Made by a program: the position numbers and the translations under genes. Of a stretch of DNA of 64,000 nucleotides, positions 56,649 to 64,000 are shown in pieces. Source of the stretch: Nitrospirota bacterium (GTDB lineage Bacteria; Nitrospirota; Thermodesulfovibrionia; Thermodesulfovibrionales; JdFR-85); the NCBI GenBank assembly GCA_015492645.1, contig WGER01000052.1:9974-73973 (forward strand), given 5' to 3'. Position 1 is the stretch's first letter. Each line of letters starts with the position of its first letter. Below the pieces are notes generated by a model that was not told the DNA's origin, did not search any database, and saw only the letters and a list, made by a program, of their open reading frames with translations.

Positions 56649-57006
56649 TCAGGGACTCCTCTTTCTCTTCCTGGACTCCTCTCAACTCCTCCATTAGTGC
56701 CTCTATCTCGGCCTTCTTCTTCAACTTCACAGTCATAAACTTGAAGACAGGTTCATATAGCCTGTAGAAGTCTTCCAGTTTTTTGATAAGAGTTGGGGGG
56801 GCCTTTATGGTGAAAAATACATAGTACCCTTCTGTTCTCTTGTTCAGTTCATAGGCGAGTTTCCTCCGGCCCCAGGAGTCTTCTTTCAGAATTTCCCCTC
56901 CTTCTGTGGCAATCTTGTCACGTATCTTCTGGAGGGCCTCATTCAGGGCCTCCTCACTCAGTGTGGGTTCAATAATCACCACGCTCTCGTAATAGTTATA
57001 ACTCAT
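56641..57006 (-). CDS. rpsF: 30S ribosomal protein S6
   Basis: 121 aa; MSYNYYESVVIIEPTLSEE...WGRRKLAYE...GYYVFF. Confidence 0.9.
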   Translation of the reverse strand: MSYNYYESVVIIEPTLSEEALNEALQKIRDKIATEGGEILKEDSWGRRKLAYELNKRTEGYYVFFTIKAPPTLIKKLEDFYRLYEPVFKFMTVKLKKKAEIEALMEELRGVQEEKEESLNV

Positions 57007-57043
57007 ATATACCTCCTCTCGGATATTTAGCCCTCTTTCTCAT

Positions 57044-57065
57044 CCTGGAATGCTCCAGTTCCAGG
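57044..57065 (-). promoter_or_regulatory. hairpin in the rpsF 5' UTR (CCUGGAA-CUGGAGCA-UUCCAGG), possible S6:S18 autoregulatory leader
   Basis: 7-bp perfect stem seen 38-59 nt upstream of the rpsF ATG. Structured rpsF leaders bound by S6:S18 are known in many bacteria. Confidence 0.3.
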
Positions 57066-57126
57066 TTGAAGAGAGCAAGGAGTATATAATTAAAACAGAT
57101 AAACAACGAAATAGTCAATATTCCTC

Positions 57127-57385
57127 AGATTCCCCGTAGATTGCCGTTAGATCAAAAGACATCTTTAATCACTGCTGTCCAAAATAACCTGCAATAGTAT
57201 ACACAGGCGGTGTGCCGAATAGCAGAGGTCGGATATCAGAGGTCAGAAGTCGGAATTTTCCTTAGTCTTCTGACCCCTGACTTCAGACTTCTGACCTCTG
57301 TTTTTTGGCATACCGCCTCTGCCTCAATCCTGTTTTGGACAGATATGATCTTTAATCGTATTTCTATCGGCAGATCTGGGGATCT
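57127..57385. mobile_element. ~260-bp long imperfect palindrome (MITE-like) of the dispersed repeat family
   Basis: The left arm (57127-57261) aligns with the reverse complement of the right arm (57262-57385). Shared blocks: CCCC(G)TAGATTGCCGTTAGA / CCCCAGATCTGCCGATAGA termini, CTGTCCAAAA, AGGCGGT(G/A)TGCC, and CAGAGGTC(G/A)GA sub-repeats. Confidence 0.6.
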
Positions 57386-57478
57386 AATGCGTTTCTGGTG
57401 TCAGTGGCAGGATTTTTGCTATATTATTGAGTGACTCTCTTTTACATTGCCTCAAAATATGTCTCAAAGGAGGCGGAC

Positions 57479-57844
57479 ATGAAGAAGATACTTGTTGTGG
57501 ATGACGCAAAGATATTCCAGGACATCTACAAGAACCTCCTTATACCCGAGGGTTATTCTGTAAAGGTTGCATCTAATGGGATGGAGGCATTGAAGATGAT
57601 CAAAGAAGACAGACCTGATCTTGTCCTTCTGGACCTCAATATGCCAGTTATGGATGGATTTAAAGTCCTCCAGGCTGTGAAGTCAGATCCGGAAACCTCC
57701 TCTATAAAGGTAGTGGTGCTCACCTCCCGAGGCATACCTGATGAGATTGAGAAGGCCCATAATCTGGGGGCTGACAGTTATCTCGTTAAGGCCACAGCAA
57801 AACCCAAGGAGGTAATCCAGAAGATAAAGGATATGCTGAAGTAA
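57479..57844 (+). CDS. single-domain response regulator (CheY-like receiver)
   Basis: The start is at ATG 57479 (SD AAGGAGG 5 nt upstream). Receiver motifs KILVVDD, DLVLLDLNMPVMDG, VVVLTSRG and ...YLVKA. Confidence 0.85.
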   Translation: MKKILVVDDAKIFQDIYKNLLIPEGYSVKVASNGMEALKMIKEDRPDLVLLDLNMPVMDGFKVLQAVKSDPETSSIKVVVLTSRGIPDEIEKAHNLGADSYLVKATAKPKEVIQKIKDMLK

Positions 57845-57846
57845 GT

Positions 57847-58794
57847 ATGAAGGTGATCCGTAGTCTCAACAGCACCGAGTTGCCCCTGAATAAGGCCGTT
57901 GCAACTGTTGGCAATTTTGACGGTGTCCATATAGGACATAGAAAGATCTTCCAGAAAGTGGTGGAGAGGGCTTCTGAGACAGGTGGAACATCCCTTGTAA
58001 TCACCTTTCACCCTCATCCTCTAAGGGTCCTTGCCCCTGACAGGGGGGTAAAGATGCTTACCCCGCTTGACGATAAACTCACTCTCATAGAGGCGTCAGG
58101 TATCGATGTTGTGGTAGTGATTAATTTCAACAGGGACTTTGCCAGTTTAGAGCCTGAGGAGTTCGTTCGGAGGATACTGCTCGAAGGTCTCGGAGTGGTA
58201 CATCTATTTGTGGGCCATAACTACAGGTTTGGCAGAGACAAAAGAGGTGACACGATCTTGCTCAGAAGACTGAGTAAGAAATATGGATTTAAGGTGAATG
58301 TGGTAAGAAATCTCAAGGTGGCAGGGGTGCCTGTCAGCAGCAGTCGGATAAGACACCTGTTGGGGTGGGGCAGGGTGTATGAGGCCGCATCACTTCTCGG
58401 AAGGGCTTATTCGATAAAGGGCAGGGTGATAAAGGGCAGTGGCAGAGGGGCTGATCTGCTTGGGGTGCCCACCGCGAACCTTCAGACAGAGTATGAGGTT
58501 ATACCAAAGGAGGGTGTCTATGCAGTAAAGGTGAGGGTGGGGCGACAGATATATGACGGAGTGGCAAATATAGGTAAAAATCCTACCTTTGGCCTCCAGG
58601 AACCCAGTTACGAGGTCCATATCCTGGACTTCAGCAAAGACCTGCTGGGAGAAGAGATAAGGGTGTATTTCATCGAGAGGTTGCGAGGGGAAAGGAGATT
58701 TAAAGGTCCTGAACAACTCCGGACCCAGATACTGCTGGATATTGAAAGGGCCAGAGGTATATTAAAAACCAAGAGGATCAACATCTATCCTTAA
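57847..58794 (+). CDS. ribF: bifunctional riboflavin kinase / FMN adenylyltransferase
   Basis: 315 aa. N-terminus ATVGNFDGVHIGHRKI, FTase HxGH-type motif; C-terminal kinase domain ...GRVIKGSGRGADLLGVPTANL... Confidence 0.9.
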   Translation: MKVIRSLNSTELPLNKAVATVGNFDGVHIGHRKIFQKVVERASETGGTSLVITFHPHPLRVLAPDRGVKMLTPLDDKLTLIEASGIDVVVVINFNRDFASLEPEEFVRRILLEGLGVVHLFVGHNYRFGRDKRGDTILLRRLSKKYGFKVNVVRNLKVAGVPVSSSRIRHLLGWGRVYEAASLLGRAYSIKGRVIKGSGRGADLLGVPTANLQTEYEVIPKEGVYAVKVRVGRQIYDGVANIGKNPTFGLQEPSYEVHILDFSKDLLGEEIRVYFIERLRGERRFKGPEQLRTQILLDIERARGILKTKRINIYP

Positions 58795-60606
58795 AACTGC
58801 CTTCCCCGCGACAGCCTTTATTGAGTCCTCTAACTGTAGTGCCTTCTCTCTTCCGAGGATGGTAATCCTTACGAGATATCTGTAGGTCTTCAGATATGAA
58901 CCGGTTAAGACAGGGCCAACCACCTTTGCACCCTTCAACAGTCCCTTTAAAGAGTGCATAAATTCCTCCTTTACAGGCTCTTTAAAATGGAGGTCAAAGG
59001 TCACCGCCTTTTCATATGGAGGCAATGAGAGTTTCTTCCGGAGGTTGAGTTCATTCAGGAGGAAACCCATATAGTCCCATCGCCTTACATATCGGAAGAC
59101 CTCATGCCAGGGCATGGAACTGAGCAATATCATCCTCCCTCCTTCAGCAAGCAACTCCTTCAAGTAACAGATTCCCTGCATGAGTCTCTCTGTTGCCCTG
59201 TACTCTGGGAGATTGATAAAGAGGTCTGGATTGAGAAGGACAATCATATCAAACTTCCTTTCTCCATGGGTCTTCCTCCTCAGGGTGCTCAAGACAAGAC
59301 CCACTGCCTCACCCCTTGTCACCTCCTCCAGGCCCCTCGGGTTGACACCCAATTTCTGTCTCAGTTTATCCCTGAGCAATTCCAGGCCTGCCCCATACTC
59401 TGTTAACCTTATCCCCCCACACCTGCTACATACAAGGGGGATCTCCTCTCTTGAACCGCAGAGGTGGCAGACGAGGGCCTCACCCCTGTGGAGAACAAGG
59501 GGCTTACTGCAGTAAGTACATGAGAAGAGGTGTTCACATTCCTGGCACCTCAGCATGCTATATCCCACCCTGTGATGAACCACCATCACCTGTTTGCCCA
59601 TCTGTAGCGCCCTGCTTATCTCTTGCAGAGTCCCTGCTGTCAGAGGCCCCTTCGATGGCAATACCCTTTTTACCTCAACGGAATACCTCCTCTGTCTCTG
59701 CCTGAATTCATAAAAGGTGATCTTTCCCTTTAAGACCCCATAGTAGGCATCGGTAGAAGGGCATGGGGTCAGTAGCACCACAGGGCATCTCTCGAGATAG
59801 GCCCTCATGATAGAGACATCTCTGCTGTGATATCCAGGCGCCCCTTCTGCTTTATATGAAGGGCTGTGTTCATCTGAAACAACAATAAGGGATAGCCTCG
59901 GCAATGGTGCGAAGACTGCACTCCGCGTGCCCACCAGCACCTTACACATTCCAGAAGCCAGGTGCCTCAGTGTCCTGCTCCTCTGTGCACGGGTCATCTC
60001 ACCGTGTAAGATACAGACCCCCTCTCCTATGCAACTCCTTAAAAGGGCATAGATTCTGTCGGCCTCTTCAACCTCTGAGGAAAGGATCAGGATTCCATGC
60101 CCGGCCTGTACCTCCTTTACTATCTTGAGTATGATCCCCCTCTGGATGATATGGTCATCTGTCTTCAGTAAAAATGCCCTGTATCTGCCCTCCCTTGTGA
60201 GGGTCATGATCTCGTTCAGGATAGAAGGAGACCCCTGTGGCTCTTCCCATAGAGGTATATCTATGAGGTGTCTTTCCTTTGGTTCTCTCTTTGTCTGGAG
60301 TGTAAACTCGGGGAAGTGCATTGCTCTCAGGATCAGCCCCTCTTTAGACCTGTAATACCCTGAGGCCCATCTCATCAGTTGAAGGAGGCTGCCAGGCAGA
60401 GGCGGCAGGTCATCTCTTAAACTGGAGACCTCCTTTAAACCCTCCCCCTGTCCTTCATAAATCCTCACCACAAGGGCCGGTCTGATCCGGTTTTTCAGCG
60501 GAGCCTCTACAGTATAACCGGTCCTTATCGCGCCCTTCAGGTGTTCAGGCACTCTATAGGTGAGATGTGGTAGATTGAGGGGAAAGAGGAGGTCACAGAG
60601 GGTCAT
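58762..60606 (-). CDS. priA: primosomal protein N' (PriA) homologue with degenerate ATPase motifs
   Basis: 614 aa. Retains motif II/III-like SDEH and GTRSAVF, plus the Cys4-Cys4 zinc region ([45 protein letters not shown]). The Walker A position reads [14 protein letters not shown], with no GxxxxGK[TS] anywhere. The 3' end overlaps convergent ribF by 33 nt. Confidence 0.8.
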   Translation of the reverse strand: MTLCDLLFPLNLPHLTYRVPEHLKGAIRTGYTVEAPLKNRIRPALVVRIYEGQGEGLKEVSSLRDDLPPLPGSLLQLMRWASGYYRSKEGLILRAMHFPEFTLQTKREPKERHLIDIPLWEEPQGSPSILNEIMTLTREGRYRAFLLKTDDHIIQRGIILKIVKEVQAGHGILILSSEVEEADRIYALLRSCIGEGVCILHGEMTRAQRSRTLRHLASGMCKVLVGTRSAVFAPLPRLSLIVVSDEHSPSYKAEGAPGYHSRDVSIMRAYLERCPVVLLTPCPSTDAYYGVLKGKITFYEFRQRQRRYSVEVKRVLPSKGPLTAGTLQEISRALQMGKQVMVVHHRVGYSMLRCQECEHLFSCTYCSKPLVLHRGEALVCHLCGSREEIPLVCSRCGGIRLTEYGAGLELLRDKLRQKLGVNPRGLEEVTRGEAVGLVLSTLRRKTHGERKFDMIVLLNPDLFINLPEYRATERLMQGICYLKELLAEGGRMILLSSMPWHEVFRYVRRWDYMGFLLNELNLRKKLSLPPYEKAVTFDLHFKEPVKEEFMHSLKGLLKGAKVVGPVLTGSYLKTYRYLVRITILGREKALQLEDSIKAVAGKAVLRIDVDPLGF

Positions 60607-61067
60607 TTCTGTCTTTTTTCAATGAAGAGTCTACTTATCTCGTCTACAAACTCCTTTACATCCCTGAATTCACGATAAACAGAGGCAAATCTCACATATG
60701 CAACCTTGTCAAGTTCTCTGAGATACTGCATAACCTGCTCGCCAATCCATACGCTTGTTATCTCAGGTTCATTAATCTCCATCGCCTTCTTCTCAATACT
60801 ATCCACTATGCCCTGCAACCTCTCCATAGATATTGGTCTCTTTTCACATGCCTTTTTGAGACCGGTGAGTATCTTCATTCTGTCAAAGGCCTCTCTTCTG
60901 CCATCCTTTTTTATTACAACAGGTAGTGACTCCTCTATCCTTTCATAGGATGTAAACCTCCTGTTACACTCCAAACAGAGCCTTCTCCTCCTTATCACCA
61001 TCCCATCTCTGCTCTGCCGCGAGTCTGTTACCCTGTCCTTGAGGCTTCCACAATAGGGACATCTCAT
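60603..61067 (-). CDS. nrdR: transcriptional repressor NrdR
   Basis: 154 aa. Zinc ribbon MRCPYCGS...[12 protein letters not shown], followed by an ATP-cone. Confidence 0.95.
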   Translation of the reverse strand: MRCPYCGSLKDRVTDSRQSRDGMVIRRRRLCLECNRRFTSYERIEESLPVVIKKDGRREAFDRMKILTGLKKACEKRPISMERLQGIVDSIEKKAMEINEPEITSVWIGEQVMQYLRELDKVAYVRFASVYREFRDVKEFVDEISRLFIEKRQK

Positions 61068-61229
61068 GGATAATATTATACTCCAAATAGGTCAGCCCGT
61101 AGTCTGAACTCATAGAAACTGTTCTTAGGCATATGGATTCCTTCTGAGAACCTCTTTCAAGTAAAGAACTCTACAGAATTGTCCGATTCTCTAATATAGA
61201 GATTCTTAAATCGGGGAAGGCGAACAGAG

Positions 61230-62522
61230 ATGTCCGGAGTATATGGAGACCTCAGTTTAATGGGGGTATCTGACATACTTCAGTGGTGTGAGATGAGTCA
61301 GAAGACAGGTACTCTCAGTGTTAAAAAGGAAGATGTAAAGAAACGGTTTTATATCCAGAATGGGAAGATAATATATGTCTCATCAAACAAAGATGAAGAG
61401 TGCTTAGAAAGACAACTGGTTCAATGCAATATTGTTAGTTCATCAGAAATTGATAACCTTCTTAGAGTATGTCATAGAATGGGGCTCCCTCTCACAGGAT
61501 ATATCATTTCAAAAAAGATCGCTACCTTTGAGGCAATTGAATCAATTCTCCGCCAGATTGTTGAAAAGGCTTTGCTGGATGTATTGAAGTGGACTGAAGG
61601 AGTCTTTCAATTTGTAGACGAGGTTCCTGATGAGATAATTGACAGTCCTGTAAAACTCGATGTTTCTTTTATGCTCTTACAGTCACTAAAAGTCCTGGAC
61701 GAGTCCAGAAAGAACGATTCGGACGATGAGACAGAGAGGGTTCAAAAACTGCTGGACAAAATATCTGATGGTAAGATAAACCTACCTCCGGTACCAGACA
61801 TTGTCATCAAATTAAGGGAGGCATTGGACAGAGACGATGTATCTCTCTCTGAAGTGGTAAAGACAATAATGTCAGACCAGATACTGACATTAAAAATCCT
61901 TAAAATCGCAAACAGTGCCCTGTATGCCAAACATGAGAAGATAACATCTCTACAGCAGGCCGTAGTCTATTTTGGACTAAACTCACTGATCAGTATCGCA
62001 ACAATTCATGCACTTAGTAACATAGTCCCGAAGAATGCATCCAGGGTAAAGATGGTCCTTAACCACTGCCTTTTAACTGGACTCATCGCCCGCCTGCTTG
62101 CTCCTTACTGTGCTGAAGACCCTGAAGAGGCTTTTGTCTGTGGTCTACTCCATGATGTAGGGAAAACAGTTTTATTAGAAAATCTCACACCTCTCAGATT
62201 AAACGAAAGCCACTTTGAAAAGATTATAGATGAATATCATCCTGTGGCCGGTCTCAGGCTTGCAGAGAGATGGAACTTCTCCGAAGTGATAAAGAGCGTG
62301 ATAAGGTTCCATCATGCACCTGACACAGATAAGACACATTTTAAGATTCTTAACCTTATCAGCCTGGCAGACAGAATAGCCCATAACCTGCACAGGCAGG
62401 AGGTGATTGAAGAAGAACTCTCCAAGATAGAGACATCTTCACTTTGTAGTAAGAGGTTTAACAGAGAGAACCTATTGAAGGAACTAAAGAGACTGGAGCA
62501 GGAGACCTCCCTGTTTGCCTGA
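61230..62522 (+). CDS. DUF4388 (PatA-N-like) + HDOD domain signalling protein
   Basis: 430 aa. N-terminus GDLSLMGVSDILQWCEMSQKTGTLSV...FYIQNGKIIYV. The C-terminal HDOD-like region has LPPVPDIVIKLREAL...LTLKILKIANSALYA...GLLHDVGK. Confidence 0.75.
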   Translation: MSGVYGDLSLMGVSDILQWCEMSQKTGTLSVKKEDVKKRFYIQNGKIIYVSSNKDEECLERQLVQCNIVSSSEIDNLLRVCHRMGLPLTGYIISKKIATFEAIESILRQIVEKALLDVLKWTEGVFQFVDEVPDEIIDSPVKLDVSFMLLQSLKVLDESRKNDSDDETERVQKLLDKISDGKINLPPVPDIVIKLREALDRDDVSLSEVVKTIMSDQILTLKILKIANSALYAKHEKITSLQQAVVYFGLNSLISIATIHALSNIVPKNASRVKMVLNHCLLTGLIARLLAPYCAEDPEEAFVCGLLHDVGKTVLLENLTPLRLNESHFEKIIDEYHPVAGLRLAERWNFSEVIKSVIRFHHAPDTDKTHFKILNLISLADRIAHNLHRQEVIEEELSKIETSSLCSKRFNRENLLKELKRLEQETSLFA

Positions 62523-62601
62523 AAAGAGATCCGGTTTTCTATTTCATATACTCATGGCAATCCTTACACAGATCCGGAGATTGTCTTTTGCCTCTTTATG
62601 T

Positions 62602-62735
62602 CCAGCACTGCCTGCCTGAAAAATCTTCACATTAAATCATGTTTTGAGGCAGGGCATCCTGAAAATCAGAGAATTTTGTGTGGATCCTCCATGCCATAAA
62701 CACATTCATTCTATTTCGGTAAATTAGGGATTATC
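62602..62735 (-). repeat. dispersed intergenic repeat copy, homologous to 13069-13237
   Basis: See 13069-13237. Shares CCAGCACTGCC(C/T)GCCTGA(C/A)AAATCT..., an AAAATC/GATTTT-type hairpin core (CTGAAAATCAGAGAATTTTGTG), and terminal ATTCTATTTCGGTAAATTAGGGATTATC. Confidence 0.6.
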
Positions 62736-62795
62736 ATGAAAATTTCTCTAACACATCGTGTTATAATGTAAGAGACAACTTAGAAGGGGGATCAG

Positions 62796-63437
62796 ATGAG
62801 AGAGTTCTCATACCGCCCCTTTGAGATACTCAGGGAACTGAGGGGAAAACTGAAGCACAAGAGTGCCCCTGCACGGAAGAGCCCGGCAGACACATCGGAA
62901 GATGAGGAAGAACTCTTCAGGAAGGCGATGGAGGGTGTCAGAGAGATAAAGGAGTTCAGAGAGATTCCATATAAATCACCCGTGAGAAGACCGCAGCGGA
63001 TACCGACCACCGATAACCAGTATCTTCAGATCCTGGCTGATATAGTCAGTGGTAGAAGATCCATTGAGATATCAAAGACCCAGGAGTACAGAGAATGGGT
63101 CAATCCTGATTATCAGGACCTGTTCCTTGAGCCAGAGAACATCTCCCGACTCCTGCATCAGGGTAGATTCTCTGTCCAGGACTCCATTGACCTGCACGGG
63201 CTTACCACACCCGAGGCAAAAGATGCTGTAGAAGCCTTTCTCAGACACTGCCGGAAAGAGGGCCTGAGGTGTGTAAAGATCATCCATGGAAGAGGGCTCA
63301 GGTCTCCGCGGGGACCAGTGCTGAAGGAGGCCGTGCTGTACTGGCTGAGGAGGGACTTCAGGAAGTGGATTATCGCCTATGCCACAGCAAAGGCAGTTGA
63401 TGGTGGCCTGGGGGCCACTTACATACTGCTCAAATAA
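62796..63437 (+). CDS. Smr-domain protein (MutS2-C-terminal-like nuclease family)
   Basis: 213 aa. C-terminal Smr core IDLHGLTTPEAKDAVEAFL...VKIIHGRGLRSPRGPVLK. Confidence 0.75.
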   Translation: MREFSYRPFEILRELRGKLKHKSAPARKSPADTSEDEEELFRKAMEGVREIKEFREIPYKSPVRRPQRIPTTDNQYLQILADIVSGRRSIEISKTQEYREWVNPDYQDLFLEPENISRLLHQGRFSVQDSIDLHGLTTPEAKDAVEAFLRHCRKEGLRCVKIIHGRGLRSPRGPVLKEAVLYWLRRDFRKWIIAYATAKAVDGGLGATYILLK

Positions 63438-63833
63438 TCACTCCACCTCAGCAGGGGTCACCACTGCCATCACTACAAGCCTCACACCATGAGAGGCCCT
63501 GAATCCGTGTGGGACCATTGGCTCACAGAGGATGGCGGTCTTTTCATCAGCCACTATCTCCTCTTCTCCCACCTGAAAGGTCCCCTTGCCTTCTACACAG
63601 TACATCATAAGCCTGAGAGGGGCCCTGTGGGGCTTCAACTCCTGACCTGGTTCAAGACACATGAGGGCTACCCTCATCTCTGGTGTGTCAGCAAGCATCT
63701 GTCTGCTGATCGTGTCCTCTTTAAAGTTGATGAACTTCTTGAGATCAATAACCTCTGGCATAACATCCTCCCTCACTAAATCTGTTGTATTATCATAACA
63801 GTTCTGTGCAACTGGAGGTATGATCTCCATCAT
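63438..63833 (-). CDS. cupin-domain protein
   Basis: 131 aa. Cupin beta-barrel motifs (...LEPGQELKPHRAP...MYCVEGKG...PHGFRA...). Confidence 0.7.
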   Translation of the reverse strand: MMEIIPPVAQNCYDNTTDLVREDVMPEVIDLKKFINFKEDTISRQMLADTPEMRVALMCLEPGQELKPHRAPLRLMMYCVEGKGTFQVGEEEIVADEKTAILCEPMVPHGFRASHGVRLVVMAVVTPAEVE

Positions 63834-64000
63834 AATTCCTCCTCTTTCTTTCTTAAATTACCAAATATCAACTCATAAAACTCATCACTGCTGGCGAGCC
63901 TTTCAGATGGCCTATCCACCACAACAGTTCTTATGTTTACAGAATAGATCCTTTCCCTGAGAGGGCCTTCCAGTATTGGGTCAAGTTTGACCATGTCTTT
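63830..64000 (-). CDS. hypothetical protein, C-terminal fragment (gene starts beyond window end)
   Basis: The minus frame is open from 64000 to TGA 63832-63830 (...KDMVKLDPILEGPLRERIYSVNIRTVVVDRPSERLASSDEFYELIFGNLRKKEEEL*). The stop overlaps the cupin ATGATG start. Confidence 0.4.
   Translation of the reverse strand, partial: KDMVKLDPILEGPLRERIYSVNIRTVVVDRPSERLASSDEFYELIFGNLRKKEEEL

Noticed and set aside
57306-57322. Sigma54-like TGGCAT...CTGC promoter in the rpsF/response-regulator gap
   Set aside because: The GG-to-GC spacing is 12 nt rather than the required 10, and the sequence is part of the palindromic repeat arm.

Overview
This is a very gene-dense (about 90% coding) chromosomal segment from a Gram-negative bacterium, probably anaerobic or microaerophilic and sulfur-metabolising. 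Sampled lines suggest moderate GC overall, roughly 33-60% locally. Lineage cannot be fixed from the sequence alone; the gene content fits Nitrospirota/Thermodesulfovibrionia-like or deltaproteobacteria-like organisms. All calls were made by eye from the ORF track and raw sequence, with no database search.

Most of the window is housekeeping:
- tRNA/rRNA modification and aminoacyl-tRNA synthesis: mnmG, rsmG, glnS, gltX, metG.
- Metabolism: carA, gpsA, glgC, ribF, lipoate ligase.
- Stress and regulation: rel, hsp20, nrdR, and a dnaJ-hspR-clpB heat-shock operon with a HAIR-like operator.
- Energy: a complete rnfCDGEAB operon followed by a radical-SAM gene.
- Translation, secretion and redox: trxA, tlpA-like, ffh, rpsP, rpsF-ssb-rpsR.
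- Replication and envelope: gyrA, holB, priA, murJ, a gspG-H-I-J pseudopilin cluster.
- RNA genes: tRNA-Ala(GGC) and tRNA-Ser(UGA).

Stand-out observations:
1. The DsrE/TusD-like gene is cut short in the ORF track by an in-frame TGA. That TGA sits at the active-site Cys position and is followed by an fdhF-like SECIS hairpin. Read-through restores a full-length protein and normal operon spacing, so this is a probable selenoprotein.
2. That gene lies in a tightly coupled eight-gene cluster: ArsR-type regulator, DsrE(Sec)FH, SQR-like flavoprotein, MMPL/RND exporter, LolA-like periplasmic protein, OM beta-barrel. The cluster joins sulfide oxidation and sulfur relay to an envelope exporter for hydrophobic cargo.
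3. Nearly all larger intergenic gaps carry modules of one dispersed, hairpin-rich BIME/MITE-like repeat family, including units bounded by terminal inverted repeats and a ~260-bp palindrome.
4. PriA has lost its Walker A motif and arginine-finger motif.
5. An RRE-like/SPASM radical-SAM enzyme has no visible precursor peptide.
6. A 506-aa orphan gene is wedged between mnmG and rsmG.
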